A stretch of 64,000 nucleotides of DNA, taken from Euprymna scolopes (taxonomy: Eukaryota). The DNA lies in assembly GCA_053919585.1 (NCBI GenBank), contig CM132811.1. The stretch is one strand, 5' to 3'. Positions 61,621 to 64,000 of this stretch are shown here, in pieces. Every line of letters begins with the position of its first letter. Positions within the stretch are counted from its first letter, which is position 1. The notes below the pieces were generated by a model. It was given only the letters and a program-made list of their open reading frames with translations, made no database searches and was not told the origin of the DNA. Made by a program: the position numbers and the translations under genes.

Positions 61621-62689
61621 GGAGCCCTTTATTTCATCCACATATACTCCCTAAGTTAAATCACCGAAGTTAAGCAACGTTGAGCTTGTCAGAACTAAAA
61701 TGAGTAACCATTTAGATATACCATGTACTCTATGTTTCCTCCGTTTATTTCGCATTTTTTCCAATTCCTTGCTAAGATTTTTAAATGCTTCCAAGAGAAA
61801 CCTACTTTTTATACATATCTTAGTTATCTCCCTTTCATTATAATGGACCAAAGAAGTAATTGTCTTCTAGCCACCGATGAATTAAAAATTGCCCATTTTT
61901 AATGTTAAAGAAGAATGAGTGAGCCAAGAAAAAAATAAACTCGAAACGTTGTCTTGGCAGGAATAAGTATTTCCAGAAAGAATCTCACTCAAAGTAAAAT
62001 ATATTCGTACTAATAACTTGGGTAAAAAAGAAATCAAACAGATGTGGGTGTGTCAGACCGATTGCTATTGTGGTCCGACTTTATATATAGAGGCTTGTGT
62101 ATCTGTGACGTTAAACATGACGTCATATAGAAGCTTGGATATTAACTTAAAGTGTGACATTGCAAGTATCTATCACTCGGGTTTAGATCAAAGTTGAGTA
62201 TGGATCTGTTACATCTCAGGGGACCATCACCCCAACTCATTACTACATCCTTTTGGAGGGGGTATTTTATTGTGCATCATAGAGTGATGGCGATCTTCGA
62301 TCCCCATTGATCGTTTATCTTTTTTCTTTTCTGACAGAAACAGATGTTCGTCTTTTTTGTTGACTCATAGTAGTTAGTTCATTGGGTAGTGGTGTCTAGA
62401 CCTATGAAGGATAGCAATGGCGAATAAAGACAGTTCTGAAAAACAGCGTTTGAACACAGTCAGCTCACATACCAAATCTTCTCTCTTCTTCTCCACGTCT
62501 CATTTCGAACTTCCTGTCCGTAACGACATATCCTGCATCATGATCTTAACCTTAACTTCGCTTCTAGATGGAATTTTTCACTCTCTACTTAATTTCAACC
62601 TTTTATAAAAAATGCCGTTCATAAACTTACTTTTTTACACCGTCATCTAAATGTTCCTTCAGCATATTTATCAACCATCTTGAGAGCCC

Positions 62690-63110
62690 ATTCTTTTGGT
62701 AGTTTGATCCTCCCATATTAAACCAAATTTGTGAAACTCTCGGCCCTCGTAGGAAGGTGATAAATAGATACGACACATAGAGAAGAAATAGCTTGAACGC
62801 AGAAAAAAATCAAAAGATTATATCCTGCTTCCTTTGTTTCAGCTCGTTTAACTCATTGATCTAGTGGTCTTCCATCAATTCGCAGTTTTGATACCTCATT
62901 GTAATACAGCTTCCGATCCCAGCAGTTTATTCCCAACAACTACAAGATTTGTGGAACTCTCTTCCTGGTCACTGTTTTCCTTCTATCTATAACTTTGATA
63001 TTTTAAGGAAACAACCATAATAGGTATCTCTTGTCTGTGCGATAACCATCTTTCGTTCTTGTTAGCTCCTTACGTCAAATGGCTTCATGCCTTGTCTGGG
63101 GGGGGATGAT
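62690..63110 (+). mobile_element. Very degenerate 3' end of a third CR1/L2-group LINE
   Basis: LWNSLPGHCFPSIYNFDI motif. The 3' UTR ends GCCTTGTCTGGGGGG, similar to family B. Confidence 0.55.
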
Positions 63111-63539
63111 TTAAAGAGAATGATTTAAATAAACGCCATTTAAATATTTCACGTTTAATTGAAATATCAACTGATGAGTTAAACGTGAGTTAATCTTAGC
63201 CTTTATCCTAACCCTAACCCTAACTCTAACCACTTTTTCAAATAGACGAGAGGTCAACGCAGAGTCGTTCTATTTTTTAACGAACAAATTTCGATAAGAA
63301 ATACCGACGGAATGGATGGTTGGAGACAGTTCCACAAGAATTTGTTAATATTGGACTTGAAAACGACAATGTTAAAAACTGCTTTCAAATTAAGAACTGC
63401 TTTCAAATTAAAGCAATACAAGTTCAATGTAGATGCGGTTGAGGTTTAGGCAACTCTTGATTCTCTATAGACTACCTGCAAAGATTATCCTTACAGCTTT
63501 AAGCTAAAGTTAAGTTCAAAATCGATTTCAAAACCTAAT

Positions 63540-63992
63540 AGGCGATGCCCTTTTCCATTTCCTGCCCCCTCTTTCCCACAGAAAAGATGTTGCGAACCTG
63601 TCTGTGCTTTATAGTTATTTTCATGGCAAGTACTTGGCTGAGCTCCAATGTCTGGTCCCTGATTTGCCAAACTTTCATAACAATCACTCGTCTAACTACA
63701 ACCACTATCAACAATTTCCCCAACTCTCTATCTGTGCCCAAATCTAAACGCATATTCCGCGAACAAAGCTTCTTTCCTAGAACTGCCCGTATGTTAAACA
63801 CTGTTCCATTAGACTGCTTCCTAGCCGATTACAATATCGTAGTCTTCAAGTCTAATGTAAACAGGTTCATGTTGAGCCGTCCCCTTAAATAATCAAAATT
63901 CTACCCAAAGTACACCATTAACAATTGCTAAACTACTACTTTACATTCATTAATCCTTATCCTTGAGTGGCCTTCGGACCTTGATAAGTTTT
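63540..63992 (+). mobile_element. LINE family A 3' portion
   Basis: SLSVPKSKRIFREQSFFPRTAR..FKSNVNRF plus the 3' UTR. Confidence 0.85.
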
Positions 63993-64000
63993 AAAAAGAC

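Noticed and set aside
62168-62212. Second U2-like fragment (CTCGGGTTTAGATCAAAGTTGAGTATGGATCTGTT)
   Set aside because: Only a 10-bp exact match (AGATCAAAGT) plus gapped similarity. It cannot be distinguished from chance without a covariance-model search.
63207-63232. Interstitial telomeric repeat (CCTAAC)n
   Set aside because: Only about four imperfect units. Such tracts are common inside small repeats.

Overview
AT-rich, repeat-saturated eukaryotic (most likely invertebrate animal) genomic DNA. I can see no intact host protein-coding gene. The centre (17618-41839, about 38% of the window) is a highly homogeneous 26-bp satellite with higher-order structure. All the repetitive 'MRSILQRIEGG' ORFs are by-products of this satellite. 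The flanks are a graveyard of nested transposons: at least two CR1/L2-group LINE families (called A and B here), R4/Dong-like REL retrotransposon fragments, a Gypsy pol remnant, mariner and maT/Tc1 remnants, hAT and Tc1 MITEs, Helitron-like ends, Penelope-type inverted repeats with hammerhead cores, and a decayed THAP-domain exon. The most unusual object is a 962-bp insertion at 3665-4626, bounded by an 18-bp target-site duplication. On the minus strand it starts with a U2 snRNA 5' fragment and continues as five tandem modules. Each module begins at the U2 sequence ATCTGTTC, has constant ends, and has a variable middle carrying co-varying GNRA-tetraloop hairpins. It looks like a retroposed array of U2-targeted, structured, non-coding elements. 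All calls were made by eye from sequence and motif recognition; no database search was run.
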